NCBI RefSeq assembly: GCF_964355755.1
Contig: NC_092672.1
Location: forward strand, 15,500,001-15,564,000
Source: Antedon mediterranea
Taxonomy: Eukaryota; Animalia; Echinodermata
DNA: 64,000 nucleotides
Direction: 5' to 3'
Position numbers and translations under genes: made by a program. This document shows, one piece after another, positions 11,885-23,992 of this stretch; position 1 is the stretch's first letter, and each line of letters begins with the position of its first letter. The notes under the pieces are model-generated. The model was given only the letters and a program-made list of their open reading frames with translations, was not told the DNA's origin and did no database searches.

Positions 11885-13207
11885 TTATGTTTTTTTGCCT
11901 TCTTCTACTTCTGCATATACTGAATCTGTATCAACACCAGGGGTAACTTGTATGGCCACATTTCGCTTGTAGTACATACCATTGTCATCATAAGGTGACA
12001 TCATACAACGTATGTTATCTTTTGGTTCAAAGTAAACTTCAGGCTGAGCAATTCTTTCCTCATTTGAATGCATTGGAAATAAATCAAATTTACAAAATTG
12101 AAGGTAGCAGAGGAGAAGACTAATGAGAACTGCTGTTAATAAAAGGCACATTCCTGCAACTGATAGGATTTTACTCACATCTGGCAGCACTTGTTGAGGA
12201 GCACCTTCTACTGTAGGAATTGATGTTTCTGGTGGTTTATCATTTACAGATTCAACAATTAATGTAAATATCTTTTCAACTCTTTCAATCCTATTTATTG
12301 CAAGACATTTTATGAGTGTTCCGTTCATGCTGTGTTTAGCACTTAAAATTCGCAATACTTGTCTGTCATTCTCTAAAACATAAAATTTATTTGGAAGTTC
12401 AGGTTCAAGCCATTCATTAAGTGTAGTTTGTGGATTAGCTATACTGCTACACACATATAAAGCCTCACCATTTACTGGTATTGAAGAAGGTCCTGATATG
12501 CTTACATTAGGGGCAAATGTAATGTCTAACGGTCCAACTGTACATGATTTATTAAGTGAAATATCTGATAATACTACTAATTGATGACATATGAACATAC
12601 AGCCTTTATCTTCTGCTGTTACATGTACAGTTAACTCAGATATTATTTTATTACTATCTTCATATTGTATTGCATTCATTTCTCTCAAATTGTTTCGAAA
12701 CCATTGTAGTTCAACTCTTGATTTTTTGGTTTTCTCAGACATACAAGTGAGCGTTACTTGTTCCCCTACACTGTAACTTTGTTTTGGTGTACATGTAGGA
12801 TAATGTGGGGATGGTATTTCTGCAACTTGAAGCGTCGCATTTGAAGAAAATAATGGCTTTTTACCATTCAGCACACAACGATATAATGAATTATCATCAC
12901 TTCTGTCAACATTCTTAATAATTAATGTGTTTTGTACATATATTTCAGTTTTTGAAACTGTTTCAACATACTTGACATTAGCATCTCTATTTAATGAACT
13001 TACATAGATATTGTTACGTTGCCAGCTTAGTGTTCCTGTCTTTAAACCTGTTACACTACAAATAAGCATACATTCTTGTCCTTCAACACATTTTTTATCC
13101 ACGTTTGGCTGGTATAAAAATGTAGGTCCTTTATCAGCATAAACAAAATATACAACTAATAAAATGAATAACAAACTGTAATAGGCGATACCTTGCATTC
13201 CCAACAT
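11885..13207 (-). CDS. Single-coding-exon Ig-superfamily type I membrane receptor (3 Ig domains, TM, ITIM tail; nephrin/KIRREL/CADM-like architecture)
   Basis: Uninterrupted 440-aa ORF; signal peptide to about residue 24; C-W-C patterns (LICSV..SWQ..YRC; LTCMS..QWF..FIC; YVCSS..EW..IKC); TM ILSVAGMCLLLTAVLISLLLCYL; tail with VYFEP and SVYAEV; splice acceptor TTTGTACAG 16 nt upstream of the ATG. Confidence 0.93.
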   Translation of the reverse strand: MLGMQGIAYYSLLFILLVVYFVYADKGPTFLYQPNVDKKCVEGQECMLICSVTGLKTGTLSWQRNNIYVSSLNRDANVKYVETVSKTEIYVQNTLIIKNVDRSDDNSLYRCVLNGKKPLFSSNATLQVAEIPSPHYPTCTPKQSYSVGEQVTLTCMSEKTKKSRVELQWFRNNLREMNAIQYEDSNKIISELTVHVTAEDKGCMFICHQLVVLSDISLNKSCTVGPLDITFAPNVSISGPSSIPVNGEALYVCSSIANPQTTLNEWLEPELPNKFYVLENDRQVLRILSAKHSMNGTLIKCLAINRIERVEKIFTLIVESVNDKPPETSIPTVEGAPQQVLPDVSKILSVAGMCLLLTAVLISLLLCYLQFCKFDLFPMHSNEERIAQPEVYFEPKDNIRCMMSPYDDNGMYYKRNVAIQVTPGVDTDSVYAEVEEGKKT

Positions 13208-13957
13208 ATTATTTCATCTGGGTCTGTACAAATATTTAAAAAAAACCTAAATACTGTAGAACATAGAAATGTAGAACATTAACGTTCTTGCCTTTAGCAT
13301 ATTTCAAAATCCATTGAATTATAAAATCTTCTTAAAATTTAAGCACAGTCCAATTCTGTCAAATATGTAGTGTAGTTTTTTTCTTTGTATCAACATTAAA
13401 TTCTGTCTAATTATTTTTTTCAAGATGAGATGAAAGTTCACAGAAGATAAATTGATACAAATCCAACGTAATGAAATATTTAAACTGTATCCTTCCTTAG
13501 ATTAAAAGTTTCAAACAGAATCCTTCTCTTTTTACTGCCATGTAAGTTGAAACAAATTTATGAAATGTAACAAATCCTGAACACCATACTTGTTAATAAT
13601 ATATTCCCAATAGTCTTAAGGCTTGTTGTCTAGCTCAGTGAAAGAATCATATAAATAGTGTGAAAATTCATACAGGACTTGATTACGCCAGAAAAGTGCT
13701 GTTTGGTTTTATACTGACAATGGCCAACCATTAAAAAAATGTTGTTACTTAGACATACTCATCAGACAAAAAATATAAGAATTCATTAAAACATTGTGAT
13801 CTATTCAACTTGGACATTTAATTACGTTGTAGTTAATATCCAGTTAGAACACAAATTATGGATGTACAATGTTTTTTAAAGCTTTGGCCCCCAAACAAAA
13901 ATCATCTATTGTGAACGTATTATGATTGGAATTCGATCCAAGTTGGCCCTATACCGT

Positions 13958-14695
13958 ATATCTCCGGTTAAAGCAAAAAATCTAAACCACAATGTAATTA
14001 CAAAAGTAGCAAAAAAAGATACCACACCTCACGCAAACAAAATTGCAAAATATAAAAAAAACATTCAAATTTTAAACATGTAAATGAAAAAAAAAACCAA
14101 AAAAGCACACACACACAAATAAAATGATTTCAAAGTAGTGTTTCCACAAACTATCAGATACAAAAGTTTGAGTCCCAGCGCATCATCTAATTTCGAGTAG
14201 TGAGTGCACTTTCTGTGTTGATTTTAAAGTCTGTTTTATTAATTCATATTGATTTTTATCATTAAAATGTTTTAATCTGCTGATTTATTAACAGACAACA
14301 GATATCACATATTCACACAGCAAAGTCCAATATCCAGTATTGCACTTTTATAATCATTCCATGGGAATTATTATTAAGGCAGACAAGCTAGACCACCAGG
14401 TTACTGCTAGACCACACAAAAGTAGCAAATAGGTAACAAATCGCCCAAACAAAAACAATTGCAAAATATTAAAAACCATTGAAATTAAAAAAAACAGAAA
14501 AAAAAAACACACACACACAAGCAAAATGATTCCAATTGGTTTGATACATTGTTGAACATGAAAACAACTTAACAATTCATGTTTCGACAGAAATGTGTTT
14601 TTCATTCGATTTACGTCCACTTTTTTATTGCATGTATCAAATAATTAATACCCCACGAAAAACATCTAAAATAATATAGTTTGGTATTTTATACA
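13958..14695 (+). repeat. Unclassified interspersed repeat, copy 1
   Basis: Colinear with 36089-36960; partial copies at about 6218-6510 and 26310-26530. Confidence 0.8.
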
Positions 14696-15694
14696 ATTTT
14701 TTTAAAGCATTTATAATGAGGATATTTCTAGTTGATGTTTAATAGTTTATTGACCAATATTTGTTTCATCCTTCCTTACATAGGTGACATGTAACCACAA
14801 AATTACCAGCAACCATAAATCTATGTTCATTTACGATATTTGTTCGTTCTTTCATTCTATTTTTCCTTCACAAGTGGATCACACATTTGATTGCAATTCA
14901 GCTTTGATTGTGTGTTAACTGTTTGTAGTTTTATTTTATTTTTCCTTATTTAAGATTTTTTCAAGTAATCTATAAAAAAGACATTAATTTGTAATGAGAA
15001 TACAATGTTACTTATATTAATTGTATATATAATAATATAACTTATTTATGTATATTATATTGATAACTATGTTATGAATTTGAATTTATTAATATGTGGT
15101 TTTCACAAAGCTATTTTAAAATTATGTATTTTTGTGTCACTGCTGGTTAGGAAAACACACCTTAAAACTCAATACTAATAAACTAATTGCTTGATATCAT
15201 GTCTGTAATTTTAATTAAATAACCATGTCATATTCACATGCCATCAAATAAAGATTACTAGTTAAATTTCTAATTATTTTTTAAATTTTACATTTATAAT
15301 CAAATATGTTGTGAATATACACAATTATATTATAAAGTTTACTTTTCATCAACAAAAAGACAAAAAATATTGTTATAATCAAAGAATAAATATAAGTTGC
15401 TGATAGATAAGTAACAGTTTGACACTAACACATACAATAATTTATCTATTTCTTTACATTGAGAATAAACAACCTTTTTAATTGAAAAAATGATAATTAA
15501 CAATTGGTACATACACCTGCTACAGATTGAATACAGGTTTAAGTTTGACATTTATTGAACATCATTTGTAAGAAATTTCACTTGCAAGAAACACTTCTGT
15601 AGGCGAAATCGAAGATATCAACATTTACATTATGAAGACGTATCTTCATAATTGTCTTTGTTGATTTAATTGTGTAAATAAATATATAAAGCCT

Positions 15695-15843
15695 AGGGCT
15701 AGTGTTGCCCAAAAGCTCTAATTTTTCTAGCTTTTTACTTTATCGTTTTGAATTAGGCTTCTGCTTATTATATTTTGTATCTCCATTGAGATCCAGCCAC
15801 TCCCACAGCATTGTCATTTTTGTAGTAATTTGCCTTTGAATTT
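15695..15843 (+). mobile_element. Truncated Penelope-type pLTR fragment (hammerhead core lost)
   Basis: Homologous to 22216-22375 (AGGGCTAGTGTTGCC..AAAGCTCT...TTGAGATCCAGCCACT...TAATTTGCCTTTG). Confidence 0.6.
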
Positions 15844-15929
15844 GTTAGTTATACAAATTTTTCCAACTGCGGTATCAAAATGATAGAAAGAAATCATTAT
15901 AAAAACAAAATTTACAAATTATACATATC

Positions 15930-16295
15930 GGATTAATTGAATGAAATGCTGGAGCAAATGTGAGAGGCTTATGCAGTATTTAGGGCCTGTTTCTATTGAC
16001 CAAGAGTTTTATTAACATGTTCTCCATGGTTGATTTTATTTGGCCTGTCTGATCAATGGTGTTAAAATGCCGGAGCAGTTCCTCTTCTAATCTAATTGCT
16101 ACGATTGCTAAGATTTCATTTACATATCTGCGTCAGAAGAATATGTGGTGGTGCTGTTGTCTGTTCAACATTGTTCTAGGTCTTCCATGAACATATTCGC
16201 CATTATGGGGCTAACAGGTCATTGCCATTCCATCTTTCTGTCCAAAAATGTCACCATCAAACATAAAATATGTTTTGTAAAGAACAAGACTCAAT
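15930..16295 (-). mobile_element. Decayed Penelope-like element reverse transcriptase fragment
   Basis: KTYFMFDGDIFGQKDGMAM..PVSPIMANMFMEDLE, RRYVNEI (cf. RYVDD) and IKSTME (cf. IKFTME). Confidence 0.8.
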
Positions 16296-16327
16296 GAGCC
16301 ATGATGATTGACAGGTCATCCCGGAGT

Positions 16328-16374
16328 CATTTGCCTGACCAAGGCTCCTGAAAATAACCGAAACGTAGCAAGTG
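16328..16374 (+). ncRNA. Degenerate minimal type I hammerhead ribozyme (PLE pLTR)
   Basis: Stem I CATTTGC/GCAAGTG; core CTGACCA (G8 mutated to C); weak stem II; GAAA-CG-TA. Confidence 0.6.
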
Positions 16375-17043
16375 AGTACTTGATAATTGGTTTATTGAAA
16401 GTTAAATTTTGTATACAATATGATTTTGAAACCAGATGACATTTTTGTAGGATTTATATATGTTATTGAAATATTTTTACTTTATAATTATTTTTTAAAT
16501 TATATTTATTTACTTCATTTGTTTGTTGAAAATAATGTTCGATCCTTTAGATAAAATAACATAAAATAGTTATTCATATAAGTACATCCCTGATTATTAT
16601 TGATCTTTTTTTTAGAAAAACCAAATCTTTCCTTATCCACCATGGAGCATTTCAAATTAGAATTTAAATTGTCTTTTGATGACATGTAGCTCTTTAAGTT
16701 TTAAGTTGGAAATATATAACAGTAGACAATAATTTAAAAAAAGCATGTACTTGTCCCTTGTGTAGGTATCCTGGTCTCGCAGGCTTTACTACTATAGATC
16801 AAAGTAATCAAAATATAATTCTTATTCAATTGCTCATGTTGCTTATATTGATATAGTTTTACATGAGTTATAGTTTCTATCCCAACATTCATTTGAAACT
16901 GTATGCTTCATATTCTAAATTTTGAATTGAGTACTCACTCAAATTGCAAACAAAATTCTCATAATTTTGGTATAAATAAAATTCATCAATACAAAAAGTT
17001 TATTGATATGATTCATATTAAGAAGTATTTAATTGTTTTATAG

Positions 17044-17557
17044 AAAATATTAAAAACAAAGACATATCTAGATAATATTGTTTGTCATTCCAAGTTGTGA
17101 CTAATTGATACGGTACATAAAAAAAATGTATGATTTTCCATTTTGCTGTTTTATAAGCTTGAAGGGTGGGCAAAAGTTAAAGCTGAAATGTGTTTATGTT
17201 GTTGAAAATTAGTTACATGTTACATATTAATCTTGTAATTCTATTTATTTTAAATAGGCCTAATATTGAATGAGATTCTATTTGATTAATGAATATGTTT
17301 TAACCCAGCGGTTTAAATAATAAAAATAGTAAATATACATAAATATTATAACTAAAAAAGCCCAGGTGTGACATTTAATGTCATATAAAAAATTGGAGAG
17401 CGCTGATGCAAGGTTTTTTTTTTTTTGATAGGATATCTTACATCTCAGCAATGATCAAAGGGAAAATCATACATTTGTTTATGTATCAATTAGTCACAGC
17501 ATGGAATAACAAAAAATAACAATATTATCTAGATATGTCTTTGTTTTTAATATTTTT
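17044..17557. repeat. Inverted repeat pair (foldback/MITE remnant)
   Basis: AAAATATTAAAAACAAAGACATATCTAGATAATATTG...GTGACTAATTGATAC at 17044-17110 is inverted at 17483-17557. Confidence 0.7.
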
Positions 17558-18199
17558 TGGTATATTGTGATAATATTTTTGTATTTAAATAGTAAAAATG
17601 TGAAAATTAAGTAAATTCTAATAATTTATGTGACATGCTTTAAATACCAGCATGCAATGATTCAACCAGGTTAAAGGAACAATGCGTGTCTCAGGGACAT
17701 TGCTTCCAAATTTGGAGCAAGTTTCTAGAACCCTCTGCCAATAGACTTAAAACAATAAAATTGATAACTATAAAAATAAGAAAGGCCTTAAAACTTACTT
17801 GTTTCTTATGTATTCAAATGCCTTTTTTACAGTTTGTTTTTCAAGGCACTGTTTTGATGTTGTAGATTATGTACTGATGTTTAATCTTTCATTTTGGATC
17901 ACGGATTACTTATATTTTGGCTGTTTTTAAAACAAACTCTTCAGCATACAAAAGACCTATCGTAAGCTGGACTGAATAACACACTCACCGGCCATACACC
18001 TGTGATCGGAATTTGAAAGCTGACCTTTTCAGAACAGTGCTTACGTGAACCGTCTGTACAGTACTAGCTATCAACTAATTTATTGTCTTTCAATCTGTGA
18101 GTACTTTTTATTGCTGGTTTTTTTTCTCTCTAAAGCTGTTTCGTCAAAACAGATGCCCAGTTTTCCCGAGAATATCTTTTAAATATGAATTGAGGCAGG

Positions 18200-20770
18200 T
18201 CATTTATTCAACGTTTTTTGCTAAAATTAAAGAACTCGATTTACTTCGCCCATTACGTCGTGGCTGTGCTGGCGGGCGTTTTAAACAATATATACATACG
18301 ATTATCCAATATCGGCAACAGACCAAGGCCTATACAGAACAAATATGAACCACGGCTGAAATGCCTCGCGTTAATTAACCGGGACAACCAGAAATTTCGG
18401 GATCGCCAAATAAATAATAAAGCAGTTCTTACCAACAAAAGTATTTGCCAAATTGATCAGGGTTTCAACTTGTTTACAAACCATAAAATTCTAAGAAAAG
18501 GTGGCGGAATAGCTATCTACATTACTGAAAATATCCCAGCCCATGTCATCGAAGACATTGATGCTGTAGATGAACTGGAATGCACTTGGCTGTGGTTGAG
18601 ACCCCACCAACCTCGCGAAGTGTCAGGAATAGCTGTCTGCGCTGTATACAAACCACCAGATGCTAAAGTCCAGGACGTTTTGATCGACCATATCCGTAAT
18701 ACACTAGATGTATTGAAGAACCAATATCCTGATATTGGAATAGCTGTACTTCAATTTCAATAATGTGGACATTAAACCATTATTTAGAGGACTAGGTAAG
18801 GGGCCAACTCGTGCGAACAGCACCTTAGATTTAATTGTAACAAATTTAGGTAAAGTGTTTAGGTCGCAGCAACCACAACTCAATATATCGCAATCGCACA
18901 TGTTTTAAGGGTAAATCCACCGCCTATTTACTGAACCCAGAATGTACGAATTTGGCCACTGGATAACCAGCCAAAATTGGAATAAAGTCCTAAACATCTA
19001 AAGTACCAAAGAAAGGTGAATCATTTTTACAATGATGTTAGAGATTCAATTGAAGTCCATTTTCCGTTTAAATCTGTTAAACTATATTCTAAGGATAAGT
19101 CATGGATTACCCCTGATATTAAGTCACTCATTTATCAAAGACAAACAGAATTTAAAAGTAATTAACTAAATAAATAGCGTATAACCCATAATAAAATTAT
19201 GTATAAGATATCTGCATCTAAAAGGCACTACTACAAAGATAGAGTGCAACATTTAAAAGTTAACGACCCTGCTAGGTGGCACAAAAGTGTTCAATTAATC
19301 TTCACTAATGGTAAAAACAATCCATAATTACAGCCCCTGATACTATTAGTAAGAATGATAAATAATTGCTGAAGCCACCTTCCAACAATTGGGATATGTA
19401 TTGCAAACTAAATAAGATAAAAAAGTCAGCTGACCCAGATAAAATTTCCGCCAAACTTATTAAGCGTTTCGCCTGTGAATTTGCTATACCTATTTGCGAT
19501 ATTTTTAATACATCTTTAAAAGAAGGGGTTGTCCCCCCAAATATGAAAAGATGCAAATGACGCCTCTATACCCAAACAAACGCAAACATCCATCGAAAAA
19601 CTCCGCCCTATTTCTCTCACTTCCCAATTCTCTAAAGTTTGCAAGGATTTCATCTGTAATTGGGCTATGAAAGATATTAAAGCCAAGTTAGACCGTTTTC
19701 AATTTGGATGTTTGCGTGGTTTTTCCACAACTCGTTTGTCTTATTGAAATGTTAGATAACTTTATAAAGGGCTAGATGCAGCAACTATACAACGTCAGGC
19801 TAGGTATATAGCTAGCGTACGATGTTCGTACGTTACCGATGTTTACCAGCTAGGCCTACAAAACTAAGCCTAGCCAGGCTAGGCCTAAGACCGTCCACGA
19901 GAGGTCGATCGCCGCGAGCTACTTAGGTAGTGCATTGTTTCTCACTTTTTATCATAATTTACCATAAAACGTACATTTAAGACAAGGAATGACATGGTTT
20001 AATGTTTTTTAAGTGATATATATGTATTATTTTCCAAAAAACGTCCAAAATTGCAGGGAAGGGGTCTTTAAGTGGCATACTATGGTTAACAATGTAGTTT
20101 CTAAGAGTAGTAAATGTTTACACATCTTGTATAGACTAAAGGTTTTAGTGTTCCTACTACTGACCTTGTGTCAGTTTACGTTGGGTATATCAGGTCAGCT
20201 TTGGAGTACGCCGCTCCTGTATGGCATTCTGGAATAACAGAAACTCAGAATTCTCAAATTCAGCGAATTAAAAAACGAGCTTTGCGAGTTATTTTCGGTA
20301 AACATTATGAAAGTTACAATAATGCCCTAATACTGGACTGGTCTTAAAACCCTCTCAGAAAGAAGAACCTTTCTGTGCGTTAAATTTGCCGAATCGATTT
20401 TCTGAATGGACATAAAATGCAACTTAGACATACTAACGTTTACGCCACTAAACGTTGGCGGGCTAATCTGTATAATAACAGTACAATCCCCTTTTTGACA
20501 AGGTGTCTTAATGAATTAGACTAAGCAACTTTTAATAATAACTATTTTATGTATAAATTTTTAACAACCAATGGAAAAGTATCCAATTGATACTAAATCT
20601 TTTTTAATGTTGCCTCTTTTACATATGTACATTTTTTGATATTTTTTTCACTTGTAATTTTAATTGTTTTAATCTATATACACCTTTTCAAACATTTTAT
20701 CAATTGTACATCACATGCAATTCAGTTTTACTATTGCCAGTTGTGATTATTTTTTGGAATAAATTGAATA
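18200..20770 (+). mobile_element. Decayed LINE (CR1/L2 group): EN, RT N-terminus and C-terminus, with RT core replaced by an insert
   Basis: RKGGGIAIYI, AVYKPP, PTRANSTLDLIVTN, KSADPDKIS, LRPISLTS, QFG and LEYAAPVWH; unrelated insert at about 19795-20070 ending GGGGTCTTTAA. Confidence 0.85.
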
Positions 20771-21149
20771 ATAACAATTATATAATATTTTTGTTTTGCT
20801 TTTGTGATGCACCCACTTTCGATCCAGCGTGAAGGCAAACAAATTGAAGAACCATATATTTTCAGCAAAATACCAGGTCTTCCCCAATTTGTATTAAGAT
20901 TCTTCCAAAAAAAAAAGAAAGATAATTAATGCAGCAACTAACAGGCCTATATCTAGCATACAATGTTCATACGTTATTATGTTAGGCCTACAAAACTAAG
21001 CCTACCTAGGCTAGGCTTAAGACGTCCACAAAAGGACATTCAATGTAGGAACTTAGGTAGCGCATTGTTTTTCGACAGTATTATATAACACTTAAATACA
21101 TTCCTGTCATTTAATTCAATTTTTTCCACATTGCATTTATTAGACATTT

Positions 21150-21664
21150 GTACAGGGAAAAATATGTGAAATCAATGTGGCAACGGATTTTGTTTTGTGA
21201 CCGGAAGCAGCAACGCTGTTTCTGTTTTTAGCCACTTTTATGGAGGTTTACAATTGTACTAGATTAACTAATACTAGAAACACCATCTATTTTTTGACAA
21301 TCTCGAAATCCATAACGAATACCAAATTGTAACAACAGAATCTATACCCATGTTAATTATGAAATGACAAGTAATATCTTTGACAAATTTTGTAAAATAT
21401 TCTTAACATTTGCATGGAAAGAACGCAATGAAATTTATAATACTTTTTAATTACTTGATTGATTTTTGTACTACATATTTAAATATACAGTACTTTTTAC
21501 TCTAATTTGTACTTTAATTTCAGTATTGTTTTTGTTTGTTTTCCTTTTTAATCACTTGTACTTTCATTTATATTGTAATCAATTAAGTGTTTACTATTAT
21601 TTGTGTACTATTATATTATTTTGTTGCACATCCCTTGTGGATAAAAAGAGATAATATTCTATTC

Positions 21665-21723
<59 letters not shown>
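21150..21723 (+). repeat. Probable LINE 3' end followed by (TAT)n microsatellite
   Basis: Perfect (TAT)n at about 21665-21723; upstream WKERNEI resembles a LINE C-terminal W..RN motif. Confidence 0.5.
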
Positions 21724-21724
<1 letters not shown>

Positions 21725-22203
21725 AGACAGAAAAAGAATTGTACACAAGGCCTTTGCAAAAGCTTCAGGTACAACTTTAGCATTTAACATTTATTAAATG
21801 TACTGTACTGTACTAAAATAAACTGTTTCAATAGTAAATATTGTTGAGATGCTATACGAAAAAAATAATAAATATCAATCTTAATCATATGACAAGAATC
21901 TACTTATATAAAACAAATTATGCATCTTTTTCACTCATACTTTTGTGCATGAACAGAGTCAGCCTCACACAGGTGGATCGACTAGGCGGTTGACATTGTT
22001 GTGCTATTATCAGGTTGACAAACAAAAGTAAATCTTAGATCACTATAAAAGCCTGTACCTCTACAGTTACATATTTTTTATAAATTGTGAAAATGAGATT
22101 TTGTATATTTGAAAAATGTTTCTATAGTATTATACCTAAAAAAATTGTTTGAAAAAAAGATTATTTTAAGTATGTAACAAATGGAATATTCAAGTACCTT
22201 CAC

Positions 22204-22245
22204 TTGCACTGATGAAGGGCTAGTGTTGCCTGAAAGCTCTGCTAA
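22204..22245 (+). ncRNA. Minimal type I hammerhead ribozyme, Penelope-type, with intact core
   Basis: GCA-CTGATGA-AGGGC(TAGTGTT)GCCT-GAAA-GC-TC-TGC: complete CUGANGA/GAAA/UH core, palindromic AGCT stem III, short stem I. Confidence 0.75.
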
Positions 22246-23294
22246 CTTTTCTGGCTGTTTTACTCTACCGTTTTGATTTAGCTTTTCGCTTTTTTTTTTG
22301 TATCTCTATTGAGATCCAGCCACTAATACCCACACCCACACCATTGTCATCTTTCTGTAATTTGCCTTTGGATTTATATTATTCAAATCATATATATTTT
22401 CAACCTTTCTCGCTTTCAATTTTCTCGTTTTAATATTTTTTTTCCACTTTCTAACCACATAGCTCAGCAATACCGTATCCAAATTTAGTCAGATTTACAC
22501 AATGTTATTTTTAGATTTGAAGTTTTTGCATTTTTATTGTAATTTTATATAAATATCCATAATATTAATATGTATGTTTAGTATTTTTTTCTATGGGAGG
22601 TGTCCACAATATGTGTCTTTATAACAGACCAGATTCAAGGAGTATTGGTAGCAGATACAAATACTACACATAGTTTTTTAGACATCAACTGTCTATATTA
22701 TTAAAGATGCACAAACAAAACCCCAAGTTAGCTTGGCCAGGAGACATTCAATCAGTATACATTAATATCTGTTTTCACAGCCTTTCAATCAATAGCCACT
22801 AACTATGAGATTGAATTATGGTCAATTTAGCTAAGTCTGGAATTAATTTCTTTGCATTAATACTCTTCACTCATAAGATCATCCAAATGCTGAAATAAAT
22901 TATATTCTTCACAAGATTCTTTTAAAGCTATAATTATGGACTTGCTGTCAATCTGTCCAACAAGTATGCAGTCTCTTACAATTGAAGAAAAATATAAGGG
23001 ATTCACACATGGCCAATATCCTGAAATTAAATTCATATGTAGTTGTTTTACTGCTGTTTCAACAACTAAGACAATCTCCCATTGCAGTCAATGTTTACCA
23101 AAGAATTAGCAACAAAATCTCTTAAAGCTAAATAAATATACCCAAAATGGTTATATTGATGTTTTGTATTTACACAAGTATATGAGAATAGAAATCAGCT
23201 TCAGGCCACATTGATGTGTTAGTTGCAATGAAGTTTATACTTGAATAAAAAATAAAAATAAATAAAAATGCTGACTTTACTATGCTTGAGAGAG

Positions 23295-23992
23295 ATGCGC
23301 GATGTGTAAAAACTCAACACGTGCGATGTGTAAAAACTCAACACGCGCGATGTGTAAAAACTCAACACGCGCGATGTGTAAAAACTCAACATGCGCGATG
23401 TGTAAACTCAACACGCGCGATGTGTATAAACTCAACACGAGCGATGTCAACATAAAACGAGCGATGTGTAAACTCAACACGAGCGATGTCAACATAATAC
23501 GAGCGATGTGTAAACTCAACTTGAGCGATGTTTAAACTCAACTCGCGCGATGTCTCCATAACACGAGCGATGCGTAAACTCAACACGAGCGATGTCAACA
23601 TAAAACGAGCGATGTGTAAACTCAACACGAGCGATGTCAACATAATACGAGCGATGTGTAAACTCAACACGAGCGATGTCAACATAATACGAGCGATGTG
23701 TAAACTCAACACGAGCGATGTCAACATAATACGAGCGATGTGTAAACTCAACTCGAGCGATGTTTAAACTCAACTCGAGCGATGTGTAAACTCAACTCGA
23801 GCGATGTCTCCATAACACGAGCGATGCGTAAACTCAACTCGAGCGATGTTTAAACTCAACTCGAGCGATGTGTAAACTCAACTCGCGCGATGTCTCCATA
23901 ACACGAGCGATGCGTAAACTCAACACGAGCGATGTCTACATAACACGAGCGAGGTCAACTCGACATAGTTATGTCCGTCCTGGCGTGCCATA
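23295..23992. repeat. Composite 20-22-bp minisatellite ending in an IS3EU-like terminus
   Basis: Units AAACTCAACACGAGCGATGTGT alternate with CAACATAATACGAGCGATGT; array ends GTCCGTCCTGGCGTGCCATA. Confidence 0.8.

Noticed and set aside
12591-12776. Antisense ORF within the Ig gene
   Set aside because: Shadow ORF with no independent features
21587-21787. Poly-Tyr ORF
   Set aside because: Translation of the (TAT)n microsatellite
23280-23773. Overlapping repetitive ORFs and a CRISPR-like look
   Set aside because: Tandem minisatellite without unique spacers or cas genes; the ORFs are artefacts of the repeat
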